Below the pieces are notes generated by a model, which had not been told where the DNA came from, made no database searches, and saw nothing but the letters and a program-made list of their open reading frames with translations. This document shows, one piece after another, positions 48,171 to 58,947 of a DNA stretch of 64,000 bases; position 1 is the first letter of the stretch, and every line of letters starts with the position of its first letter. Where the stretch lies: NCBI GenBank assembly GCA_030390025.1, contig CM059433.1:11100001-11164000 (forward strand), in the 5' to 3' direction. A program made the position numbers and the translations under genes. The stretch is from Squalus acanthias. Taxonomy: Eukaryota.

Positions 48171-48731
48171 CTCCGCATTGTAGTGGTGCCCTGCATGTTG
48201 CACGACCTCGACATGCAGAGAAGCCTGTATTTGGAGGAGGCACAGTCCTACATCAGATAGAGGAGACCAGGGGAAGGCGCGGCAGCAGCAGGAGAAGGAG
48301 TGCCACCTCAATGCCTTGCAGCAAGAGATTTAAGGAATCAGCTGATTGCTCAGTGATCCCAGGACCTGCTTAATTCCCCTGCCCGCAAAAACTTACACAA
48401 AGCCCCTCTGCTTAACAGTCTTTGTTACATCCTTCACCACTCCCTTAATCCTGCATTAAAGAACATTCAAACCATTCCGACAACTTCTATAAAATAAAAG
48501 CCATGCTGACAATGCAGACTCAGAAGCTGCTTTTAAACCACACTGCAGACCAAAGTGTTAAATATGATAAAGGTGATTAATTGAAAGGCCAATGCAATAA
48601 TTGCCTCCCATTCATTTCTCACCCATAGTGCCATTCTTATAAGGTTTCCTAAATCTACTATTGCTACGAAGTGCTCCCCTAGTGGCCTCAGCCAAGCTGG
48701 GGGAAAGCTGCTATTCCTCATGTTACTCATA

Positions 48732-49266
48732 TTACCTAAGAAAGGATATACTTGCCATAGAGGGAGTGCAGCGAAGGTTCACCAGACTGATTCCTGGGAT
48801 GGCAGGACTGTCGTATGAGGAGAGATTGGGTCGACTAGGCCTGTATTCACTAGAGTTTAGAAGAATGAGAGGGGATCTCATTGAAACGTATACAATTCTG
48901 ACAGGGCTAGACAGACTGGATGCAGGAAGGATGTTTCCCCTGGCTGGGGGGGGGTCTAGAACGAGGGGTCACAGTCTCAGGATACAGGGTAGGACAATTA
49001 GGACTGAGATGAGGAGAAATTTCTTCACCCAGAGGGTGGTGAACCTGTGGAATTCTCTACCACAGACAGCTGGGGAGGCCAAGTCACTGAATATATTTAA
49101 GAAGGAAATAGATAGATTTCTAGACACAAAAGGCATCAAGGGGTATGGGGAGAGAGCGGGAATATGGTATTGAGATAGAGGATCAGCCATGATCATATTG
49201 AATGGCAGAGCAGGCTCGAAGGGCCGAATGGCCTACTCCTGCTCCTATTGTTCTATGTTTCTATGT
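48732..49266 (+). mobile_element. CR1 LINE 3' fragment
   Basis: YLRKDILAIEGVQRRFTRLIPGM...; near-identical to 20987-21527. Confidence 0.93.
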
Positions 49267-49269
49267 TGG

Positions 49270-50660
49270 TACCTTTGAGATTTTTGTGACCGCTAACGTC
49301 TGTGTGCTCGATTCCTGTGTGGATCCTGACTGCAGACTGCTGCACCTCGGCTGCTGCCAGGGCCATCTGGCTCAGTTGACTTGCTGGCACCATGACGGGG
49401 GGGTATTGGTTGAGAGGGTGTCGAAGGAGCAGACGGGCTGCCAGCTGGAGAGAAGGCAACAGGTACCACTCCCATCGCACCGATCTCTTGTGGGGCTGGG
49501 GCTCAGCACTTTCACTGATCTGTGGGAGAGCAGACTGCAGAAGTTGAGTGACTCCTTCAAAGCCCCCATCTATTCAGTCCACCAAACTGTCCAGGATGGA
49601 CGCCTGTCTCTCAAGATGAAGCCCAGAGTCTCCATGGCAGCCATTTGAGCTTCCGCCAAAGCTGCAAAGGCTGGTGACACTGATTCACTTTGTAAAGGCC
49701 TGTGTGCAGCATCCCTGGGGGTGACCACGCTCTCCAGTGTAGAATGCACACTCTTAGCTGGCCTCCCACATTCCACCCTACGTAAACTTGAGGTCATCCA
49801 AAACTTGGCTGCTCGTGTCCTAACTCGCACCAAATCCCGTTCGCCCATCTCCCCTGTGCTCGCTGACCTACATTGGCTCCCGGTTAAGCAGCGCCTCGAT
49901 TTCAAAATTCTCATCCTTGTTTTCAAATCCCCCATGGCCTCGTCCCTCCCTATCCCTATAATCTCCTTCAGCCCACAACACCCCGAGGTATCTGCGCTCC
50001 TCTAATTCTGCCCTCTTGAGGATCCCTGATTATAATCGCTCAACCATTGATGGCCGTGCCTTCTGTTGCCTCGGCCCTAAGCTCTGGAATTCCCTGCCTA
50101 AACCTCTCCGCCTCACTACCTCTCAATCCTCCTTTAAGACGCTCCTTAAAACCTACCTCTTTGACCAAGCTTTTGGTCACCTGCCCTAATTTATCCTTAT
50201 GTGGATCGGTGTCAAATATTTTGTCTTAAAATACTCCTGTGCAGCGCCTTGGGACGTTTTACTACGTTAAAGGTGCTATGTAAATACAAGTTGTTGTTGT
50301 TTTGACGCCATGCAGGCTGGAAGCAGACTCCACCACACTCTTAGTGCTGAAACTCCTCGGCGGGCCGCCCGATACCTTGCAAAACTGACTTGTGTGAGGC
50401 CAGCGGTTTTCTTTTCATAGCCGGGCCCCTGATCCTCATCGTTGCCCTGCTCAACAGAGGTGGGAAAGGACCTCATCCTCTGGCGAGCTGTCTCATGGGC
50501 TGTCTATGCCACTCGTACCTGATGTTGCTGAATCACACTGCCTAACCCTCGCGCAGTGTCAATGTCTGTGCTGGTGCTTGGGAGGGATGGAATACATGAC
50601 CGTGCATCCTCAAGAGGAAAGCCTTCCTCCGAGACGTCTTCTGTAGGGGCCTCTTTCTGC
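49270..50660 (-). pseudogene. Harbinger C Myb-gene last exon remnant, split by L2
   Basis: Nucleotide and peptide similarity to exon 3 of element B (..STSTDIDTAR.L.., AQMAA..); convergent with the transposase. Confidence 0.6.
49742..50301 (+). mobile_element. L2 LINE 3' fragment
   Basis: LLAGLP.STL.KL..IQN.AARVLTRTK...I.PVL..LHWLPV.QR.DFKIL.L.FK; (ttg)n tail. Confidence 0.93.
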
Positions 50661-50784
50661 CTAATATGACGTAGAGGAAAGGGACAAGAGTTAGGATGGC
50701 GCTGAGAAGCTGGGCATTTCCAAATGACAGTCTTGAGAATGCAGCTTGAGTTGTGAATCTTGCTGTATATTTGTTGAGAAGAAT

Positions 50785-52123
50785 GAATCATAGAATCACA
50801 GAATCATAGAATCATAGAATGTTTACAGCACGGAAGAAGACCATTCGGCCCGTCGAGCCCGCGCCAGCTCTCCGCAAGAGCACTTCAGCTAGTCCCACTC
50901 CCCCGCCCTTTCCCCGTAGCCCTGCAAAAATTTTTCTTTCAGTTACTTATCCAACTCCCTTTTGAAAGCCGTGATTGAATCTGCCTCCACCACCCTTGCA
51001 GGCAGTGCATTCCAGATCTTAACCACTTGCTAAGTAAAAAAGTTTTTCCTTATGTCGCCTTTGGTTCTTCTGCCAATCAGTTTAAATCTGTGTCCTCTGG
51101 TTCTCGACCCTTCTGCCAATGGGAACAGTTTCTCTCTCTCTACTCTGTCCAGACCCCTCATGATTTTGAACACCTCTATCAAATCTCCTCTCAACCTTCT
51201 CTGCTCTAAGGAGAACAACCCCAGCTTCTCCAGTCTATCCACATAACTGAAGTCCCTCAACCCTGGAACCATTCTTGTAAATCTTTTCTGCACCCTCTCC
51301 AAGGCCTTCCCATCCTTCCTAAAGTGAGGTGCCCAGAATTGGACACAATACTCCAGTTGAGGCCGAATCAGTGTTTTATAAAGGTTCATCGTAATTTCAC
51401 GCTTTTGTACTCTATGCATCTATTCATGAAGCCCAGGATCCTGTATGCTTTATTAACCGCTTTCTCAACCTGCCCTGCCACCTTCAATGATTTGTGCACA
51501 TATACCCCTAGGTCTTTCTGTTCATGCACCCCCTTTAGGATTGTACCCTTTAGTTTATATTTCCTTTCTTCATTCTTTCTACCAAAATATATCACTTTGC
51601 ACTTTTCTGCATTAAATCTCATCTGCCACGTGTCCGCCCATTTCACCAGCCTGTCTATGTCTTCCTGAAGTCTATCACTATCCTCCTCACTGTTCACTAT
51701 ACTTCTAAGTTTTGTGTCATCTGCAAATTTTGAATTGTGCCCTGTACACCTACATCCAAGTCATTAACATATATCAAGAAAAGCAGTGGTCTAGAACCGA
51801 CCCTTGGGGAACACCACTGTGAACCTTCCCCCAGTCTGAAAAACAACCGTTCACCACTACTACAATAGCAAAACGTTAACTCTGTTTCTCTCTCCACGGA
51901 TGCTGCCTGGCCTGCTGAGTTTTTCCAGCGTTTTCTGTTGTTATTTCGTTCACCACTACTCTCTGTTTCCTGTCACTTAGCCAATTTCATATCCATGCTG
52001 CCACTGTCCCTTTTATTCCATGGGCTTCAACTTTGCTGGTAAGCCTATTATGTGGCACTTTGTCGAACGCCTTTTGGAAATCCATGTACACCACATCAAA
52101 CGCATTGCCCTCATCAACCCTCT
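50785..52123 (-). mobile_element. CR1 LINE fragment with partial RT, frameshifted
   Basis: DVVYMDFQKAFDKVPH, WQMRFNAEKCKV, RPQLEYCVQFWAPHF; (attctatg)n tail. Confidence 0.93.
51862..51947 (+). mobile_element. Short Penelope pLTR piece inserted in the CR1
   Basis: aaacgttaactct...ttatttcg matches 17635-17712; flanked by duplicated (c)gttcaccactact. Confidence 0.8.
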
Positions 52124-52137
52124 TACAAGTAATATGC

Positions 52138-52606
52138 AGAAAGAAAGAAAGACTTGCATTTATATAATGCCTTTCATAACCACTGGACGTCTCAAAGCAC
52201 TTTACAGCCAATGAAGTACTTTGAAGTGTAGTCACTGTTGTAATGTGGGAAACGAGGCAGCCAATTTGCACACAGCAAACTCCCACAAACAGCAATGTGA
52301 TAATGACCAGATAATCTGTTTTTGTTATGTGGACTGAAGGATAAATATTGCTCAGGACACCAGGGATAACTCCCCTGCTCTTCTTTGAAATAGTACCACA
52401 GGATCTTTTACGTCCACCTGAGAGAGCAGACGGGGTCTTGGTTTAACGTCTCATCCAAAAGACGGCACCTCCGACAGTGCAGCACTCCCTCAGCACTGCA
52501 CTGGAGTGTCAGCCTGGCTTTATGTGCTCAAGTCCCTGGAGTGGGGCTTGAACCCACAACCTTCTGACTCAAAGGCAAGTGTGCTACCCACTGAGCCACA
52601 GCTGAC
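52138..52606 (-). mobile_element. Full-length Deu-domain tRNA SINE
   Basis: A box TGGCTCAGTGGGT, B box GGTTCAAGCCC; near-identical to 42400-42873. Confidence 0.9.
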
Positions 52607-53179
52607 ACATTCAGGCAAAAAATCCATTCACTATAAGCGCTGCCTGAATAAAGGTTTTGAAATTTATCCCCTAGCTTTTCTTTGAATAATTTTGAGATCA
52701 ACCAAATGTAAATTGTTAGAAACTGAAGAGAGACACCGTTGGGCTAACTGGGAAATTGTGCTCACTGTATATGTTCAAACTTCAGGATTTGCCTTCAGCT
52801 GACAGAGACACTGCTCAGGACAAAAATATCAAGTCCAAGCCCAGACTTTTCCAAAACTCTGAACCCCTCAAGTAAAAGCTTTAAAGCAAACATGAAAAGA
52901 CAATACAAGCCAGAAAAACAATTCATTCGGTAATTGTAACCATTTTATTGTGAAATATATTTTTTTTTATTTTTCTTTAAAAGCTGGTTTTGGAAAATTA
53001 GAAATTTCAGTTGCTGAGAAAAAATGGGAGATAAAAAACATTTTGAGTGATGTGATGACTTACCTTCTCTACTTTTAAGTTTTCTTATTGGTAGGTTCTC
53101 CTGACTAGTTTATTCAGTATTGGTTGCATTCATAAGTAGCTTCACATTAGTAGTTTCCTGTCTACTGTCTTTACTATTA

Positions 53180-53543
53180 CAGGAAACTCTTTATTAACCG
53201 GCACCGACGGGACCGGCGTGGTGCCGGTTAATCAAAAAGTCCGGATAATCGAGAGTTATATCTCCCAACGTACGAGAGCCCCGTACACACTGACATGCGC
53301 CTGCATTCGGAGCTCCGTCTCCCCGGGGACCGCCAGCTGACCATCTGTCGTGTCCGCTGCCTACCCGGGCTGCACATTCCCCTCCCAATCTACACGCTCC
53401 GATACAAGGCAAACGCCTCGGGGTTTTTTTCAAAGTTATTTTTAAAGGAGAGATGAAGGAAAACCCCGGTTACCTACTCAAGAATTTTGCCGGTTAAGAG
53501 AGATTTCCGGTTATTTGGGTGCCGGTTAAAAGAGAGTTTCCTG
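53180..53543. mobile_element. Tc1/mariner (pogo/Tigger-like) MITE
   Basis: 26-bp TIR CAGGAAACTCT(TTA/CTT)TTAACCGGCACC with 2 mismatches; TA TSD on both sides. Confidence 0.9.
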
Positions 53544-54137
53544 TAATTCTTACATTCTCGAACTCTTCAGTTCAAATTTACTGTGTGATAGCAAACGTGT
53601 GGCAACAGGAAGTAAGTGTGACCAGCCAGAGGTGCTGCTAGATGCAAGTCTATTAAGAAAATTGCAGATCTACTGTGGCATTGCTCATGGTGAGTCAAAG
53701 GATACAATACCTGCATTGCCTGTAGTGTGACAGCTGTAATGTGAGAGGAAGTAAGTGTGATGCTTACCGGAAGTGTGTGCTATATTAAGATTTTAAATAT
53801 ATCATAGATATTACGGGCTAAAAATTGAATATGGCCCAAAAATGGGCGGTGTCATGGCCCAGCGCTATTAAGCTGCGGCGGGTCAAATTGGTGTAGGTAG
53901 CACGCAAAATTCGTGCTCAGTCCTCATTAACATGATTATAGTGCTGATGTCAGCACTAAAACCGCTGCTCATTGGCTTACCGCTCAACAGGTGGGCCAAT
54001 ATCAGGTCTAGTCTAATTCCCAATCATGTTTGGTACAGGCTTTATCCACTACTTAAAGGGGAGGTGCATTGATGCAACAGCACCTCATTGTCATTCTAAT
54101 TGGAACTCCACTTGGAAGCAGAACCTACTACAGAGAG

Positions 54138-56763
54138 ATGGCTGAGCCTCAGCACAGGGAGAGAGCAAGGCGTTTCTCTGTCACAGCACTTGAGGCACAG
54201 GTGGTAGGCGTAGAGAGGCGGCGGGCTGTCCTCTTCCCGCAAGCCGGCAGGAAGCCATCGGCCCATACGTGCAGAAGGCTGTGGCGGGAGATATCCGATT
54301 GTGTGAAGGCCACCAGTGTGGTCCCCAGGTCCTCCATACAATGCCGCAAGAAGTTTATTGACCTCATGCGGCAGGTCAGGGTGAGTGAAGGCTTCTGCAA
54401 ATGCCATATCCCATCATCTGCACCACAAGCCTCACACACTGCTCAATGCACCACACCCCCAGCACTCACCTACCAACAATCGCTACCTATCACCACCCAC
54501 ACCTCACAATTATAGCTTCACTTCACTCTCACAACCTTACCACTGCTGCAACACTCACACCCACATCTCACACCTGACAGCTATTCAATTATGGCAGGCA
54601 CATCACCCAAACACATTGCATCACACTCACTCAGACACTTCCCTTTCTCTTGCAGGCCAAGGTCACGCATAATCGCTGGGAGCAGCAGCAGACAGGCAGA
54701 GGGCAAGCTGCCATACAGGCCCTGAACCAACTGAAGGAGCGAGTGCTGGACATCATTGGACAGTGCTACAGTACAAAGGGATCTGGGGGTCCTGGTGCAT
54801 GAAACACAGAAGGTTAGTATGCAGGTACAGCAGGTGATCAGGAAGGCCAATGGAACTTGGCTTTTATTGCAAGGGGGATGGAGTATAAAAGCAGGGAAGT
54901 CTTGCTTCAGCTATACAGGGTACTGGTGAGGCCACACCTGGAATACTGCGTACAGTTTTGGTTTCCATATTTAAGAAAAGCTATACTTGCTCTAGAGGCA
55001 GTTCAGAGAAGGTTCACTCGGTTGATTCCGGAGATGAGGGGGTTGACTTATGAGGAAAGGTTGAGTAGGTTGGGCCTCTACTTATTGGAATACAGAAGAA
55101 TGAGAGGCGATCTTATCGAAACATATAAGATTGTGAGAGGGCTTGATCGGGTGGATGCGGGGAGGATGTTTCCACTGATGGGTGAGACTAGAACTAGGGG
55201 GCATAATCTTAGAATAAGGGGCTGCCGTTTCAAAACTGAGATGAGGAGAAACTTCTTCACTCAGAGGGTAGTAAATCTATGGAATTTGCTACCTCAGAGA
55301 GCTGTGGAAGCTGCGACATTAAATAAATTTAAAACGGAGATAGACAGTTTCCTAGCTGATAAGGGAATTAAGGGTTATGGGGAGCAGGCAGGGAAGTGGA
55401 CGTGAGTCTAGGTTCGGATCAGCCATGATCCTATTGAATGGTAGAGCAGGCCCGAGGGGCCATATGGCCTACTCCTGCTCCTACTTCTTATGTTCTTATG
55501 TATGACAGGAAGCCATGGAGGTCTTGGCAATGGGTAAGGTTGAAGCCCTTGGGGACAACAACGGTATGCTCATTCCTAACCCTTCTCCTCACATCCCACT
55601 TCTTCCTCATCCCACATCTTATCACTTACAAGCTGCTGATGCTGTATGCATGCATATCTTGCTTCCCCTCCCTCCCCTCACCATAACCCAACTCTTGTGC
55701 CTTTCTGCTTTCAGATAATCAAGAACAAGCAGCAGCCAAGCCTTTCCTTGAGGCGATGGAGGAGAGCGAGAGGGGAAAAGAAGAAGACACGGCGTCACTG
55801 CATCTGTCACTCGCAGACACCAGCTCAGAAACTGGCACTGCGCATAATTTAGAGGCTAGTGTAGATGTGGGATCTGCACAGGTTAAAGCACCGGACACGA
55901 GTGGGCTGTAGCAAGGCCGGGGAATAGGGTAGCCAGGTCCCCGGAGGATGAGTTCGCGCGCAAGTTCTGCTGCACATGACTCAGTTGAGGACCTTGATGT
56001 GGCAGCCTTCAGAAGAAGGGTGATGCGCATGCACACCGAATCGCTAGGTGCAATGGTAAGCCTGCCAGAGAGCCTCTTGGCAATGTCAAGGAGCGTGGAG
56101 GAGTCCGCCTATATCATTGCATGGGGCTTTGCGCAGAGCCTGGAGCCTATGATTTCCAGCCTGGAAAACTACCAGAGTGACCATGTCAACTCAGACACGA
56201 TGCTGCGCGTGATGGGTAATGTCGCGGCTGCCATTGCAGCACAGGCGGAAGCGACCCAACGTCTTAGTGCTGCAGCGGAAGTGCAGACAGCTGTCCTGCA
56301 GTCTCAGCTTGCTGCCACTCAAGCACAGACTGCTGCCATCATGGCTGGGTTTACCACAACGGGGCTTGCAGGGTGTTGCAGCAGGCCAGCAATCTGTGCT
56401 CCAACAAATTGCTAGGGATGCTGAGCCACTGCCCCAGGGAGTGACAGTGTGTCTGTAGAGCAGGAACCTACTGTCCTCTCTCAGGATGACAGCATTCCTA
56501 CTCCCACCACTGCCACTCCATCATTGCCCTTGCCGCTCCCTGTCAGCCAGCCAGCCCAGACTGCTGCCACACATGCCGAGGTGGTACAGTCTACAGCCGG
56601 GCCTTCTAGGTCCAGAGATGCTCGAGGTTGTCCTGCAAGGCCATCTGAAGTTTCCCCCACAGAAACTCAGCAGCCTTCCACCAGCCATACTGCAGCCACT
56701 GGGGGATCACTTCGTAGGAGCACTAAAGCAGGAAAGGGCACCCGAATGACAGGCGCTAAATGA
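54138..56763 (+). pseudogene. Harbinger B Myb/SANT-like gene, 3 exons (54138-54380, 54656-55563 with CR1 insert, 55715-56763)
   Basis: RARRFS..ALE..V.GVE.RR.VLF...W.EI...V...R...QCRKKF.DL; canonical gt/ag junctions; exon 2 NR.EQQQTG.G; stops and frameshifts in exon 3. Confidence 0.87.
54764..55503 (+). mobile_element. CR1 LINE 3' fragment inserted in Myb exon 2
   Basis: ORF 54857-55405 CR1 C-terminus; 5-bp TSD GACAG (54759-54763, 55504-55508). Confidence 0.94.
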
Positions 56764-56967
56764 TTACACTAGGGTGATTAGTTAATGTGGTATGTGTGAA
56801 TTGATTGTTGATAAAATTAATAATTCTGTTTGGAATCTTTGTTTTGTGGTGGCTCTCATTTCAGCTTTGTGCCCAAGAGGATGCTGTGATATTCCATGAC
56901 AGAGGGATGGTATGATGGGGATGTGGTTGATGGGGATGTAGTGAGCAACGGGGATCTGGGGTTCCAT

Positions 56968-58146
56968 TCACTGGAATCGGAGTCTGATGAGGTGTTCACG
57001 GACAGCCAGTGCCGAAGGGGGATTTGCTGCCTGCCTCCTCCCTTCCTCCTTGTCTTTCTCCTCATCTTCCTCTACCTCTTCCTCCTCCTCTTCTCCCTCG
57101 TCCTCTTCCTGAGGCGGTCACACAATCCCTGCTGGCAAGGGCTGCGCCCTCATGATGGCCAAGTTGTGAAGCATGCAGCAGACCACCGGGAAATGGGACA
57201 CCCGCTCCAGCGAGTACTGGAGGGCTCCTCCCGAGCGGTCAAGGCAGCGGAACCATTGCTACATTAGTGCGATGATCTGCTCGATGATGTTCCTGGTGGC
57301 AGCGTGGCTCCCATTATATGAGTGCTGGGCACAAGTGTTCGGGTTGCGGAGGGGAGTCATGAGCCAGGTGCAGAGCGGATAGCCCTTGTCTCCAAGCAGC
57401 CACCCTCGGGTTTGATGTGGTGGCTGAAAGATTGCTGGCACATTGGATTGATGCAGGATGAAGGCATCACGACTGCTGCCAGGATAGCGGGCATTGACCA
57501 TCAGGAAGCGCTGGGCATGGTCTCACACCAACTTCACATTAAGTGAGTGGTAGCCTTTGCGGTTACAGAAGATCTCAAGATTGTTATACGGTGTCCACAA
57601 AGCCACGTGGGTGCAGTCGATGGCGTCCTGCACCATGGGGAAGCCCGCTATCCTGGCAAAGCCACATGTGCGCTTCTCCTGCTTCTCTGCTCAGAAAGAA
57701 GAAAACGTAGTCCCTTCTCCTGGTGTAGAGAGCATCAGTGACCTCCTGAATGAAGCGATGGATGGCGAACGGTGAGATGTTAGCTGTGTCTCCTGCTGCA
57801 GACTGGAAGGATCCGCTGGCAAAGAAATTGAGGGCTACGGTGACCTTGAAGGCTACTTTGAGAGCTGTGGTCGCCCTGCTCTCAGGCTGCAGGTCTGGTT
57901 GCAGGAGGTGACAGAGTTCTGCGACCACCTCCTAGGCAAAGCAGAGCCTCCTCGTACATTGCTCCTCGTTTAAGTGGATATAAGAGATGTGTTCTCAGAA
58001 GACCCTAGGTGGTAAGGCCTCCTGTTGAGAGCCCTCCTGGCCTTCCTCCTCCTCCCTCTGTGCGCATCTTCTCGTCTTCTTCGCTGCCTCCGCTCCCTCT
58101 CCCGAAGATACTCGAGCGTGAGGTCGACTGCCAGTAGAGCCCCCAT
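56968..58146 (-). pseudogene. Harbinger B DDE transposase (HARBI1-like, DDE_Tnp_4), disabled
   Basis: KVTVALNFFASGSFQ, GFPMVQDAIDCTHV, NRKGYHSLNV, RYPGSSRDAFIL, WLLGDKGYP, HAATRNIIEQ, FRCLD, CCMLHN; several stops and frameshifts. Confidence 0.93.
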
Positions 58147-58947
58147 GACTGTGAGTAAGTGCTGTGAGCAGAAGCCTTTAAATAAGAATGAAGGCGTTCT
58201 CCACTTGCCCCAACACAGCCTGTCACCTTAGGGCCTTGAGTGAGGTTTATAATACTGCTGGAGTTGCAGAAGGTTCCACAGAGCCATTCAAACTGAAGAA
58301 ACATGTCAGCTACAAGTAGTTGCTGATGATCCCTTTAAATAACGCTGCTGGAGCCTGCTTCCTGCTTGTCAACCCTTGCTCAGCCGGTTGCAGTTAAGGC
58401 ACGAGCGGTGAAGTTGAAAATGGCAGATCGGGTGTCAAGTGAGCGTTACACACTCACTGACGTCACGATCGGCATAATCTACATAATTTTCACGAGCGCA
58501 GACATTGGCAGCGCTGCCGCCCAGCTGAAAATGGCCACCGGCAGCAGACAGAAATGCGGCGGCCGCCATTTTTTTCCGCGAATCAGGCAGTAAAGGCTGG
58601 CACTAAACCCCCGAATTTTTAGCCCATAGATTATTAAAATTAGACAAAATTACTTCTCGTGTCCATCAAGTCCTTACACAAGTGGCTTGCTTGTATGTTA
58701 ATCTAATGCTGTGCTGGTGCTGCTGGCTCCTGGCAGTAATTCGGAAGTCGGCAGTAAGACCAAGGAAATCTTGCCTGATTCCCTAAGGCCAGCGGCTGGC
58801 AAACTCATTTCTAGCGGGATCTTCCCAGCTGACAGGCTAAGTGAAGCTGGCAAATTGATCTGCGCTCTTGCCATAGTTTGTGTGAGACCCATGCACCATG
58901 GAACGAAAAGGCAGGAGCACTGCAATATAAAAGCAGCTATATTTTTA

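Larger units (their letters stand above)
46052..48357 (+). pseudogene. Harbinger C DDE transposase (HARBI1-like, DDE_Tnp_4), disrupted by a MITE and a CR1
   Basis: CIRRLRFSR.AVADLC, KVTAALNFFATGSFQ, QGVIDCTHVAI, FINRK|YHSINVQ, YPGS..AFIL, LL.DKG.PL.TWLLTP, IIE.TI.MLKQRFRCL, CMLH. Confidence 0.9.
53815..58625. mobile_element. Near-complete PIF/Harbinger transposon B
   Basis: 12-bp perfect TIR GGGCTAAAAATT/AATTTTTAGCCC enclosing convergent Myb/SANT and DDE transposase genes. Confidence 0.93.

Noticed and set aside
56968..58146. Domesticated host HARBI1 gene (and NAIF1/MSANTD for the Myb ORFs)
   Set aside because: Enclosed by TIRs, with stops and frameshifts, and paralogous decayed copies occur in the same window
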